A stretch of 24,000 bases of DNA, from contig NZ_CP031093.1 in assembly GCF_004851605.1 (NCBI RefSeq), positions 2,580,692-2,604,691 of the forward strand, read 5' to 3'. The stretch's first letter is position 1; each line of letters begins with the position of its first letter. Below are positions 1-8,539 of this stretch, piece after piece. The notes under the pieces were generated by a model. That model was not told the origin of the DNA. It saw nothing but the letters and a program-made list of their open reading frames with translations, and did no database searches. The stretch comes from Hydrocarboniclastica marina (GTDB taxonomy: Bacteria; Pseudomonadota; Gammaproteobacteria; Pseudomonadales; Oleiphilaceae). Made by a program: the position numbers and the translations under genes.

Positions 1-718
1 CATCATTCACGTAGAGCCGCTGGTTGCCGGGGGCAAGCACCATATGCTCTGGGTTGCCGCCAACTCGCAAATTGCGCTCGACGAACCAGTGCTCGGTATC
101 CACTTCGCTGACCGTGCCATTACCGGTATTGCTGACCAGAAGGGATTGGCCGTCGTCGGTTTGCACCAGATAGTTGGGGGCCGGCCCCGTCGCCACAGTT
201 TTGACCAACTGACCGGAATCCAGATCCACAACGCTGATACTGCCACGGGCAGGATGCGTGGAAACGGCATAGCGACCGTTGGAAGTCACCAGCACATGGT
301 GCACAGGCCCCGGCACTTCCAGTTTGCGGTCAATCGTCTTTGTGGCCGTGTTCACCAAATAGAGCAGCCCGGTACTCCCTGCTTCCAATTCAGTAGACTT
401 CCCGCCCCCATGATGAGCGGCGTGTTCATCTTCTGAAACGCCTTCGGGGCGACTAACCGGCTCCTGACGATCATGCGCCGACAAACTACCCACCACCAGA
501 TGCCGGCCATCCGGGGTCAGTGCCGAACCGTGGGTATTCAGTGTGCCGCCAATGTACGAAGTCACCTTGCGGTTTTCCAGATCAATAACGCCGACGGCAT
601 CCGCCGTGCCCATGGGAACAAATGCCCGGTTCGTGTCTGCGGCCACCATCAGCGAAAAACTCATAGCGACACTGGCCGTAATACCAGCAATACACTGCTT
701 GCGCAACGAATGGTTCAT
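1..718 (-). CDS. YVTN-family beta-propeller repeat protein, secreted/periplasmic (N-terminal 239 aa; 3' end lies beyond the left edge)
   Basis: Absent from the ORF track because it runs off the edge. ATG at 718-716 (minus). Translation MNHSLRKQCIAGITASVAMSFSLMVAADTNRAFVPMGTADAVGVIDLENRKV... has a signal peptide and repeated blade-like segments (GSALTPDGRHLVVGS, VHHVLVTSNGRYAVSTH, PNYLVQTDDGQSLLVSN, PEHMVLAPGNQRLYVND), plus a His-rich insert EDEHAAHHGGG. Confidence 0.75.
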   Translation of the reverse strand, partial: MNHSLRKQCIAGITASVAMSFSLMVAADTNRAFVPMGTADAVGVIDLENRKVTSYIGGTLNTHGSALTPDGRHLVVGSLSAHDRQEPVSRPEGVSEDEHAAHHGGGKSTELEAGSTGLLYLVNTATKTIDRKLEVPGPVHHVLVTSNGRYAVSTHPARGSISVVDLDSGQLVKTVATGPAPNYLVQTDDGQSLLVSNTGNGTVSEVDTEHWFVERNLRVGGNPEHMVLAPGNQRLYVND

Positions 719-819
719 AGCGTGCCCTTTTTGGTCAGAGGGTTTCAGTAAGATCTCCTCGCCCGGTAAGCAAGATCCCGAACAGGCATGGTCATTACTT
801 GGCAATCCATCACACCAAG

Positions 820-836
820 CTGAAACAGGCCTGAAA
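820..836 (-). promoter_or_regulatory. PhoP-type direct-repeat box (minus strand TTTCAG-GCCTG-TTTCAG), 102 nt upstream of the YVTN gene start
   Basis: Plus strand reads CTGAAA-CAGGC-CTGAAA. The hexamer-N5-hexamer pattern recurs at 7691, 10963, 10997 and 14338. Confidence 0.45.
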
Positions 837-849
837 ACAGTTGCGAAAC

Positions 850-2199
850 ATGCATTCGTTTGACCAGAATCAAGGTGGAACGATTCACAATGACCATGGA
901 CACCCAATGCAAGACGTGCCCCAGGAAAACCAGCGAACAACCAAAACCCACGCCGACCAGCTCAACCGGCAGTGTTACTGCATCACCCTTGACCGAAAAG
1001 CGCTCACTGACAGCCTCCAGAAGCAGTTTTCAGACACTGGGAACGAGGCGCCGGCCACTCCCGAGATCCATCATTTCTTTTCAAACACGCCGGTTTTTGT
1101 TCCCCAGGCTGACATCGCGACGATGGAGCGGATTGTTCAGGCGATCGAATCCGCAGCCGAGCTTCCGCCCTATAAGGAAAAAGCTCTGTCCTGGGCGCCG
1201 GACATCGCCGGTTTTGATCCAGGCCCCATCGGGGCCTTCATGGGCTACGACTTTCACCTGGGCGAGAACGGGCCTCGGCTGATCGAAATCAACACCAACG
1301 CCGGCGGCGCATTTCTGAACACGGTATTGGCCCGGGCTCAACACCGATGCTGTGACCCGTCCCAGCAGACCGCTGGCACCAACCGTGCACTGGATGGGTT
1401 CGAGGACGCGGTGTTTGCCATGTTCCAGCAGGAGTGGCAACGGCAAGGTGGCGACTCGACGCCCGGTTGCCTGGCCATTGTGGATGATGCCCCTGAATCC
1501 CAGTTTATGTTCCCGGAATTCCAACTGGCCCAGCAGTTATTCCAGGCCAGAGGCATTGAGACCTTGATCCTCGACCCATCGGAGCTTGAGTATGTTGATG
1601 GCGCTCTGAGCGCCCACGGCAAGCCTATCGGCATGGTGTACAACCGCCTGGTGGATTTTGCCTTGGAGGCCCCGGCTCTTGGGGCGCTGAGGCGCGCCTA
1701 CCTCGACGGCGCGGCGGTCGTCACGCCCAATCCACGCGCCCATGCGCTGATGGCCGACAAACGGAACCTGATCCTGCTATCTGATGCCCAAACCCTGCGC
1801 GACTGGGGCCTGAGTGAAACCGAGGCAGGATTTCTGGATAGAGCTGTACCGAAGACCCGGCTGGTTTCAGCAAGTGATGAGGCGGAGTTGTGGAGCAACC
1901 GGCGTAAACTGTTTTTCAAACCGGTAGCGGGCCATGGCAGCAAGGGCGTCTATCGGGGCGAAAAACTAACCCGCCGCGTTTTCGAAGAGATCCTGAAGGG
2001 TGATTACATCGCGCAGAACTTCGTTCCCGCCGGAGAACGCACCCTGAGAGTGGATGGCACGGTCACCACCAGAAAGGTCGATATCCGTTTGTACACCTAT
2101 GCCGGGCAACATCTGCTTGCCGCTGCCCGTGTGTACCAGGGCCAGGCCACCAACTTTCGAACGCCGGGAGGTGGCTTTGCGCCCGTCTTTGAGGTGTGA
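850..2199 (+). CDS. Uncharacterized ATP-grasp-fold-like enzyme
   Basis: Long ORF (track 841..2199). Motifs suggest an ATP-grasp or glutathionylspermidine-synthase-like fold: GAFMGYDFHLGENGPRLIEINTNAGG, LFFKPVAGHGSKGVY, VDIRLYTYAG...ARVYQGQATNFRTPGGGFAPV. Start uncertain (TTG 841, ATG 850, ATG 907); none has a clear SD. Confidence 0.6.
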   Translation: MHSFDQNQGGTIHNDHGHPMQDVPQENQRTTKTHADQLNRQCYCITLDRKALTDSLQKQFSDTGNEAPATPEIHHFFSNTPVFVPQADIATMERIVQAIESAAELPPYKEKALSWAPDIAGFDPGPIGAFMGYDFHLGENGPRLIEINTNAGGAFLNTVLARAQHRCCDPSQQTAGTNRALDGFEDAVFAMFQQEWQRQGGDSTPGCLAIVDDAPESQFMFPEFQLAQQLFQARGIETLILDPSELEYVDGALSAHGKPIGMVYNRLVDFALEAPALGALRRAYLDGAAVVTPNPRAHALMADKRNLILLSDAQTLRDWGLSETEAGFLDRAVPKTRLVSASDEAELWSNRRKLFFKPVAGHGSKGVYRGEKLTRRVFEEILKGDYIAQNFVPAGERTLRVDGTVTTRKVDIRLYTYAGQHLLAAARVYQGQATNFRTPGGGFAPVFEV

Positions 2200-2259
2200 A
2201 GGTGAGCCTCAATTGGAAACATTCAAAGGGATTAAGCCGTCAGCAAAAGTGCTCGGATC

Positions 2260-2718
2260 TCATAGATCCTGCATTCGGCCAACCTGACGAGCCAGTCTCA
2301 TCGACTCATTTTCCTCCATCGCCAAAAGAGATTCGAACAGCTCTTTTGCTTCTGGAATTTCGGCTTTTCCAATCAGCGTTTTGTAGAGATCAATAATCTG
2401 ATCATGAAAGTCGAACACTTCCCGGCAGATACCATCAAAATCAAGCTTCGCGTAAGGCTCGTCGCAGGTTCGATGAGTTTTGATCGGATTATGGGACAGG
2501 TAGTCGTACACCCGAGTTTCCAGTGCCTTCTTATCCCCTTGGTGCTCAAACTCGTTCACGATCCGCTCTATTTCCGATTCATGAGCTGCCAGATAATCCA
2601 AAAGCGCACGGGCCCGTTCTTCCTCGTGCTTTGTTGCGCAATGGGACAGACAGCTCGCCAGATGTGAGTGCAGATCGCGCGTCCAGTCGATCAGTTGTCC
2701 AAAAGTCTTTATATCCAT
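2260..2718 (-). CDS. Hypothetical helical protein (152 aa)
   Basis: ORF track 2260..2769. I prefer the internal ATG at 2718 (MDIKTFGQLIDW...) because AAGGA lies about 8 nt upstream. The longer start would translate a homopurine tract as RRKKEKRKK. No family recognised. Confidence 0.55.
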   Translation of the reverse strand: MDIKTFGQLIDWTRDLHSHLASCLSHCATKHEEERARALLDYLAAHESEIERIVNEFEHQGDKKALETRVYDYLSHNPIKTHRTCDEPYAKLDFDGICREVFDFHDQIIDLYKTLIGKAEIPEAKELFESLLAMEENESMRLARQVGRMQDL

Positions 2719-2720
2719 AT

Positions 2721-2750
2721 CTTTTTTCCTTTTTTCTTTTTTTCTTCTCC
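2721..2750. repeat. 30-nt homopyrimidine (plus) / homopurine (minus) tract immediately 5' of the 2718 start codon
   Basis: Plus strand is cttttttccttttttctttttttcttctcc. Minus strand is GGAGAAGAAAAAAAGAAAAAAGGAAAAAAG followed by atATG. Confidence 0.85.
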
Positions 2751-2902
2751 ATAATATGACTGACATCAAATAGGTATCCCGTCGTCAAATGAGGAGTCCT
2801 ATTTGCATTTCCAGTGTTCAGTTGGGCTATGCGCTCGCCTGGCTAATTCGCTAATCCATTGCAAACCGCAGGCACTGCAGCAAATCGACGCCTCTACCGG
2901 CT

Positions 2903-3288
2903 TCAGATCGATTCCACAACCTCAGAGAGCATATCCCTGACCTTCCCGGCAACCTGCTTGAGCTCGTCATTATCGATGGCGCTCATGGAAGCCAATGGAT
3001 CCACTGCACTTACCTCAATGCCCTCCGAAACCTCACGAAGAATAACGTTGCAAGGCAGCATGGCACCCACGCGAGGCTCCACACCGATGGCTTCCCAGGC
3101 CATGCCAGGATTGCAGGTCCCGAGAATCCGATAGGCCTGCATATCCTTGTCCAGCTTTTCTTCATGGTGGCTTTGACATCAATTTCTGTCAGCACACCGA
3201 AGCCGTGATCAGTGAGGGCCTGACGCGCTCTTCTGTCCACGTCCTCGAAATCGACATCTTTGATAACTCGATCGATTGTGTATGACAT
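2903..3288 (-). pseudogene. DUF302-family protein interrupted by a frameshift (or by a homopolymer sequencing error)
   Basis: Two overlapping track ORFs (3010..3300 and 2903..3142) are the two halves of one DUF302 protein: MSYTIDRVIKDVDFEDVDRRARQALTDHGFGVLTEIDVKATMKK / (K)LDKDMQAYRILGTCNPGMAWEAIGVEPRVGAMLPCNVILRE.... Adding one A to the A4 run (plus T4 at 3156-3159) restores ...TMKKKLDKDMQAYRILG.... GGAGG SD precedes the ATG at 3288. Confidence 0.75.
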
Positions 3289-3312
3289 AGCTACCTCCAA
3301 TGATTCAGAAGT

Positions 3313-5673
3313 TCATTGCTTTGACCCGAGTTTCACCACCCTCAAACGCAGCGCATTCACAATCACGCTGACCGAGGACAGCGACATGGCGGCCGCTGCA
3401 AAAATGGGCGACAGCAGTATCCCGAAAAACGGGTACAAAACCCCTGCCGCTATCGGAACACCGGCGGAGTTGTAAACGAAGGCGAAAAACAGGTTCTGAC
3501 GGATATTGCGCATGGTCGCCAGAGACAAACGGCGCGCCTCGACAATGCCCATCAGGTCGCCGCGCAGCAGCGTAATGCCGGCGCTTTCGATGGCGACATC
3601 GGTCCCGGTGCCCATGGCCACACCGACATCCGCCGTTGCCAGTGCAGGCGCATCGTTTACGCCGTCACCCGCCATCACGACAACACGGCCTTCGTCTTTC
3701 AGGCGCTGGACGATCTTGCCCTTATCTTCCGGCAGGACTTCCGCTTCCACTTCGTCGATATGCAGTTTTCGAGCAACTGCTTCAGCTGAAGTGCGGTTAT
3801 CGCCGGTCAGCATGACCACCCGGATGCCGTCTTTTTGCAGCGCGGAAATAGCGGCTTCGGTGGTTTCCTTGACCGGATCGGCAATCGCCAGCAACCCTGC
3901 GACGTTTCCGTCGACAGCAGCAAAAATCACGGTAGCACCATCTTTTCGGAGCTGGTCGGCGTCGCCGTCAAATCGCGTGGTGTCGACATTTTCCGACTCC
4001 ATGAGAAGGCGGTTACCAAGTAGCACCCGCTTGCCGTCTATTCGACCGGTAACCCCTTTACCATTCGGAGAGTCAAAGTCTTCCGCATCCGGAAGCTTCA
4101 GGTCCATGCCCTTGGCTTTATCGAGTATGGCGTGAGCCAGTGGGTGCTCACTGCCTTTCTCCAGGCCACCTGCATAACGCATGAGACTACTGTCATCGAA
4201 CCCGTTGGCCGCGACAAGCCGGGTGACTTGCGGCTTGCCCTCTGTCAGCGTGCCGGTTTTATCCACCACCACGGTGTCCACCTTCTCCATACGCTCCAAG
4301 GCTTCCGCATCGCGAATCAGAACGCCACTTTGAGCACCGCGTCCGACACCCACCATGATGGACATGGGCGTCGCCAAGCCAAGTGCGCAAGGGCAGGCAA
4401 TGATCAGAACACTGACCGCTGCAATCAGCCCGAACGCCATAGGCGGTGCGGGTCCAAAGAAGGACCAAGCAATAAAGGCGACAATAGCAATCACAATAAC
4501 TGCCGGCACAAACCAGCCTGCTACCTTGTCAGCCAGCCCCTGGATCGGTGCGCGGCTACGCTGGGCGCTGGCCACCATCTGGACAATCTGGGACAGCATG
4601 GTATCGCGGCCAACTTTGTCGGCCCGCATGATGAAGCTGCCCTGCTGGTTTATGCTGCCGCCGATCACTTGGTCGCCGGATTTCTTGCTGACCGCCAGGG
4701 GCTCGCCGGTCACCATGGACTCATCCACGTTGGAGCTGCCTTCAAGCACCTCGCCGTCCAGCGGCACCTTGTCACCGGGGCGCACCCGCAGGCGGTCGCC
4801 CACCTTGACCTGATCAAGCGACACATCGGATTCGCTGCCATCGTCGTCCAGTTTTCTGGCCGTCGCCGGTGCCAGATCCAGCAGGGCCTTGATGGCACCA
4901 GAGGTTTTCTCTCTGGCGCGCAATTCCAGCACCTGCCCCAGCAGCACCAGCACCACGATGACAGCAGCCGCCTCGAAGTAGACGGCGACCGACCCGTCTT
5001 CCTGCCGGAAGGCGCCTGGGAAGATCTGCGGCGCCAGGGTCGCCACCAGGCTGTAGATCAGCGCGACGCCGGTACCAATGGCAATGAGCGTAAACATGTT
5101 CAAGTTACGGCTAACCACGGATTTCCAACCCCGGACGAAGAAGGGCCAACCGCACCAGAGCACCACAGGCGTTGCCAGCACCAGTTGAATCCAGTTGGAC
5201 ATCTGCGGGGCTATAATGTGATCGAGTCCGGTGAGGTGCCCACCCATCTCCAGCACCAGTACAGGCAGGGCCAGCACCAGGCCGATCCAGAATCGGCGGG
5301 TCATGTCTTTGAGTTCTTCCGAAGGCCCGTCGTCCAGGCTTACCTGCTCGGGCTCCAGGGCCATGCCGCAGATTGGGCAGTCCCCTGGCCCTTGCTGCCG
5401 AATCTCGGGGTGCATGGGACAGGTATACATAGTGCCCGGCGCTACCGGCTCTTGCTGTTTCTTTTCCCAATCGAGGTACTGCTCAGGGTCCTCGTCGAAT
5501 TTGGACTGGCAACGCGACGAGCAGAAGTACCAGGTTTTACCGCCATGCTGGCTGCGGTGTTCCGCGGTATGCGGATCCACTGCCATGCCGCAAACCGGAT
5601 CCTTGGCGGTGTGCTCGCCAGGTTCTTTATCGGTGTGGTGATCGTGGTCATGGGCGTGATGGTGCTCAGCCAT
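3313..5673 (-). CDS. copA: Copper (Cu+/Ag+)-translocating P1B-type ATPase
   Basis: Motifs [25 protein letters not shown] and MLTGDN. N-terminus is His-rich ([13 protein letters not shown]), followed by a TRASH/YHS-like domain (DPVCGMAVD...[11 protein letters not shown]) and YTCPMHPE...CPICGM. AGGAG SD lies 7 nt before the ATG at 5673 (the track ORF starts at 5715). Confidence 0.92.
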   Translation of the reverse strand: MAEHHHAHDHDHHTDKEPGEHTAKDPVCGMAVDPHTAEHRSQHGGKTWYFCSSRCQSKFDEDPEQYLDWEKKQQEPVAPGTMYTCPMHPEIRQQGPGDCPICGMALEPEQVSLDDGPSEELKDMTRRFWIGLVLALPVLVLEMGGHLTGLDHIIAPQMSNWIQLVLATPVVLWCGWPFFVRGWKSVVSRNLNMFTLIAIGTGVALIYSLVATLAPQIFPGAFRQEDGSVAVYFEAAAVIVVLVLLGQVLELRAREKTSGAIKALLDLAPATARKLDDDGSESDVSLDQVKVGDRLRVRPGDKVPLDGEVLEGSSNVDESMVTGEPLAVSKKSGDQVIGGSINQQGSFIMRADKVGRDTMLSQIVQMVASAQRSRAPIQGLADKVAGWFVPAVIVIAIVAFIAWSFFGPAPPMAFGLIAAVSVLIIACPCALGLATPMSIMVGVGRGAQSGVLIRDAEALERMEKVDTVVVDKTGTLTEGKPQVTRLVAANGFDDSSLMRYAGGLEKGSEHPLAHAILDKAKGMDLKLPDAEDFDSPNGKGVTGRIDGKRVLLGNRLLMESENVDTTRFDGDADQLRKDGATVIFAAVDGNVAGLLAIADPVKETTEAAISALQKDGIRVVMLTGDNRTSAEAVARKLHIDEVEAEVLPEDKGKIVQRLKDEGRVVVMAGDGVNDAPALATADVGVAMGTGTDVAIESAGITLLRGDLMGIVEARRLSLATMRNIRQNLFFAFVYNSAGVPIAAGVLYPFFGILLSPIFAAAAMSLSSVSVIVNALRLRVVKLGSKQ

Positions 5674-5893
5674 TGCGATCTCCTGTTTTGTCGGCGGGCC
5701 AGTCTGCAAATGCAATAAAATACAGCAGAACCAGATTGACGATGGGGATCAATATCAGCACACCCATCCACCCCGGATACCCGGTGCGCTGGCAAATACG
5801 CCAAGCCGGAATGACCACCACAATGGCAATCACCAGCATCCACAGCCAGTGGCCTGCCCACATGGTATTCCCGAACATGTTATCTCCCATCAT
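5666..5893 (-). CDS. Small two-TM membrane protein, translationally coupled to copA
   Basis: 75-aa ORF with two hydrophobic helices ([37 protein letters not shown]). Its stop overlaps the copA ATG by 8 nt. GGAAGAGAGG lies upstream. Confidence 0.55.
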   Translation of the reverse strand: MMGDNMFGNTMWAGHWLWMLVIAIVVVIPAWRICQRTGYPGWMGVLILIPIVNLVLLYFIAFADWPADKTGDRNG

Positions 5894-5920
5894 GGCAATA
5901 GCCTCTCTTCCTGATTCAGA

Positions 5921-7273
5921 TTAATGATGATGCGCATGACTCTCTTCCTGTTTCGCTTGCGCCGATTCCGGTGATCTTTTAAGGAAAATCTGCTCGGATA
6001 CTGCAATCACGATCATGGTCACGACTGCCACGCTGATGACGAACGGGTCCGTATTAAGCTTTACCCAGACGAAGCCGCCCAGCGCCAAAAGATCCAACAA
6101 GATGGCTGTTGCTGGCACCCAGGTGTTGGCCTTAATGTCTTTGCGTAGATAACGGAGCACACCCCAGTGAATGGCAATGTCCATAATCAGATAAAACACG
6201 ATACCCAACGCAGCAATGCGTGACAGGTCAAAGAAGGCGGTCAGAATCAGACCCAGGACAACGGTATACACCAGTGTGTGCTTCTGAATGCTGCCGGGCA
6301 TCCCGAAATGCCGATGAGGAACCAGTTTCATCTCCGTCAGCATGGCCAACATGCGGGACACAGCAAATACACTGGCCAGAATTCCTCCCGCCGTGGCCAT
6401 CATGGCAATCGCAACAGTAAACCAGACGCCGTATTCGCCGAGAGCGGGGCGTGCAGCAGCGGCGAGAGAGTAATCCTGCGTTTCGATAATTTCAGCCAGA
6501 GATAGATTGCTGGCGACCGCAAACCCCACCAGCGTGTAGATCACCACACAGGCGGCAATGGAAATCACGATGGCGCGCCCAACGTTTCGCTTCGGGTCGA
6601 TGACTTCCGAACCACTGTTGGTGATGGTCGTAAAGCCTTTGAACGCAAGAATGCCCAACGCGGTCGCGCCCAAGAAGTTGCCCAGCGTTCCGGCTTCACC
6701 GGGCTCCGAAAAATCAACCGCGACTGAGTCGGCAATCCAGACCCCGACCAGACCGAAAATCAGTATGCCGCCGATTTTCAGGATCCCGATAAAGGAAGCC
6801 ACCCCTTGAATCATCCGATTGCCCAGCAGGTTGATCAGAAAGGCCGCAAGAATGAGCGCCACGCCGAGAATGGGCACCATGCGGCCACTGTCATCCCCGC
6901 CGAAAAGTTGCATGGTGTAAGAGCCAAAGGTCCGGGCCAGGAAGCTCTGAGCGATGACCATGGAAAAATACATCAACAGGGCGTTGAAAGCCGTTGGCAG
7001 CCGGTTTCCGTAGGCTTTATGCAAGTACATGCCAATGCCCCCGGCCGACGGGTAGGCGTTGGAAATCTTGATATAGGAATACGCGCTGAAGCCAACAATC
7101 AAGGCCGCCGCGAGAAAGGCCAGCGGGAAAAGGACGCCGGTCATCTGCGCCATCTGCCCGGTCAGAGCAAAAATACCGGCGCCAATCATGACGCCGGTAC
7201 CCAGCATCACCGTCCCTGGCAGAGTGAGACTACCTTCCTGGTAGCGAGTGCTTCGATCTTCCTCCCTGCTCAT
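5921..7273 (-). CDS. APC-superfamily amino acid/polyamine permease
   Basis: 450 aa with about 12 predicted TM segments. N-terminal GTGVMIGAGIFALTG motif is typical of APC transporters. AGGAG SD. Start is 11 nt after the stop of the upstream gene. Confidence 0.8.
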   Translation of the reverse strand: MSREEDRSTRYQEGSLTLPGTVMLGTGVMIGAGIFALTGQMAQMTGVLFPLAFLAAALIVGFSAYSYIKISNAYPSAGGIGMYLHKAYGNRLPTAFNALLMYFSMVIAQSFLARTFGSYTMQLFGGDDSGRMVPILGVALILAAFLINLLGNRMIQGVASFIGILKIGGILIFGLVGVWIADSVAVDFSEPGEAGTLGNFLGATALGILAFKGFTTITNSGSEVIDPKRNVGRAIVISIAACVVIYTLVGFAVASNLSLAEIIETQDYSLAAAARPALGEYGVWFTVAIAMMATAGGILASVFAVSRMLAMLTEMKLVPHRHFGMPGSIQKHTLVYTVVLGLILTAFFDLSRIAALGIVFYLIMDIAIHWGVLRYLRKDIKANTWVPATAILLDLLALGGFVWVKLNTDPFVISVAVVTMIVIAVSEQIFLKRSPESAQAKQEESHAHHH

Positions 7274-7284
7274 TCAATCTCCTG

Positions 7285-7638
7285 TTATTTTTTCATGGGT
7301 GGAATCTTGGAACAGCAGAACGGCTCATGCTTGGCATTTGCCCGGACGTTGTCGTCGGTAAACCGGTACCAGGCCAGTTTGCGCCGGGTCCACCATCCGG
7401 TTTTCAATCGGCCACCGTAAGCCTTGATCAGTTCCAGTAATTCATCGACGGACCAGTGGGTTCCATCGTACGTCACCTGCAATGTGCCATTTGGCTTACG
7501 CTCGGCGAAATCAACGCATGGGTGGTGATTCAGATCGTGGATGAGCCCCTCCCACTGATCCTCTCCAAGCCCCTCGACGGTCATTTTTCGGCGCAACAAA
7601 AACTGCTCCTGGTTGGTTGCTTTGTGTGCTTTGGTCAT
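7285..7638 (-). CDS. HMA-like (ferredoxin-fold) protein lacking the CxxC motif, with a C-terminal CC pair
   Basis: The segment MTVEGLGEDQWEGLIHDLNHHPCVDFAERKPNGTLQVTYDG...LLELIKAYGG resembles a heavy-metal-associated beta-alpha-beta-beta-alpha-beta domain with GEDQ in place of CxxC. The C-terminus is ...AKHEPFCCSKIPP. Start chosen at 7638 (GAGAGG SD); the track start is 7689. Confidence 0.5.
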   Translation of the reverse strand: MTKAHKATNQEQFLLRRKMTVEGLGEDQWEGLIHDLNHHPCVDFAERKPNGTLQVTYDGTHWSVDELLELIKAYGGRLKTGWWTRRKLAWYRFTDDNVRANAKHEPFCCSKIPPMKK

Positions 7639-7690
7639 GGGGTGACACCTCTCTTCCTGATGACTTCTCCCTGTATCAAAACACTTCAAC

Positions 7691-7707
7691 CTGAACTGCG
7701 GCTGAAA
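7691..7707 (-). promoter_or_regulatory. PhoP-type box (minus strand TTTCAG-CCGCA-GTTCAG), 53 nt upstream of the 7638 start
   Basis: Plus strand reads CTGAAC-TGCGG-CTGAAA. It lies in the intergenic region between the copB terminator and the HMA-like gene. Confidence 0.45.
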
Positions 7708-7754
7708 ATGGACACATGCTTTCGGTGAATTTGAGTTACATCAAATCATAGACG

Positions 7755-7781
7755 AAAAAAGGCCATGGGTTTCCCATGGCC
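7755..7781 (-). terminator. Rho-independent terminator of the copI-MCO-copB operon
   Basis: Perfect 9-bp stem GGCCATGGG-TTT-CCCATGGCC (7761-7781). It is followed on the minus strand by T6 (plus A6 at 7755-7760) and sits 9 nt after the copB stop. Confidence 0.85.
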
Positions 7782-7789
7782 CTTCAGCA

Positions 7790-8539
7790 TCAGAATGCGA
7801 TTCGAGCGCCGATTACGGCAAACCAATCTTCTGTGCCGCCGCCGCTCGCCTCGGCCAGGTCGGCACTATCGCCATACTTACGCTCGTGCACCACACCCAC
7901 ATAAGGCGAGAACGCACGGTCTATCAGGTCGTAGCGGAGCCGGAGGCCGGTTTCGGTGGAAACCAATCCTTTGCCGACACCAATCTCTTCATCCTCACTG
8001 AACGCTACCGAGGCATCCAGAGTTGCCGCCAGGATCCAGTAATTGGTGAACAGCAATTCGTACTCAGCGTCCAGTTCGGCTGACGTATCACCATCGTTGC
8101 TGACGTACAGGTTTGCATCGATCTCAAACCATTGGGGCGCCAGGCCGGCGACACCGAGAACGGCGTATGTCCGGTCCGGCCCCTCGGGCGTATCGAAACG
8201 CACGCCCGCTTTGGCGTCGAAGAACTTGGAAATGGGGATCTGGCCGACCAACTGGTTTTCCAGCGTTTCGTAGGCCTGCTCCTCTATTTCGTATTCGCCG
8301 GTTGTGAGCAACCGGACTTTAAAGTCGTCGGTGCCATAGAAGGCATCCGCATTCCAGACGCCCAGCTCCTCGTCATCGTCGCTGTAGCGGTACTCAAATT
8401 CCTCGAATAGAACGCCCCAGGTTGTGAGCGGCTGTTTTCGAGCGGTCGTGTCGGAGATCATTTCCTGAGCTGTCACCGCCGTTGAGACACCAATAGAGGC
8501 AAGGAAGCTGACTGCGACAATTGATCGAATACAGCTCAT
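7790..8539 (-). CDS. pcoB: Copper resistance protein B (CopB/PcoB), outer-membrane beta-barrel
   Basis: Signal peptide MSCIRSIVAVSFLASIGVSTAVTAQE. Alternating beta-strand pattern and terminal ...GARIAF. ATGA start/stop overlap with the upstream multicopper oxidase. Confidence 0.85.
   Translation of the reverse strand: MSCIRSIVAVSFLASIGVSTAVTAQEMISDTTARKQPLTTWGVLFEEFEYRYSDDDEELGVWNADAFYGTDDFKVRLLTTGEYEIEEQAYETLENQLVGQIPISKFFDAKAGVRFDTPEGPDRTYAVLGVAGLAPQWFEIDANLYVSNDGDTSAELDAEYELLFTNYWILAATLDASVAFSEDEEIGVGKGLVSTETGLRLRYDLIDRAFSPYVGVVHERKYGDSADLAEASGGGTEDWFAVIGARIAF

Noticed and set aside
2815-2820. Isolated GTTCAG half-site in the 2719-2902 intergenic region
   Set aside because: It has no partner hexamer at 11-bp spacing.
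3143-3165. Programmed -1 ribosomal frameshift (as in some copA genes) as an explanation for the split DUF302
   Set aside because: The site G-AAG-AAA-AGC is not an X-XXY-YYZ slippery heptamer. I saw no obvious downstream stimulatory structure. Two other unrelated genes show the same kind of 4-nt homopolymer lesion, so error or mutation is simpler.
4132-5718. 528-aa plus-strand ORF (and 3506..4135, 4355..4813, 5231..5641) opposite the Cu-ATPase gene
   Set aside because: These are shadow ORFs of a GC-rich gene. They are Arg/His/Gly/Pro-rich low-complexity translations with no motifs, whereas the opposite strand carries every P-type ATPase signature.
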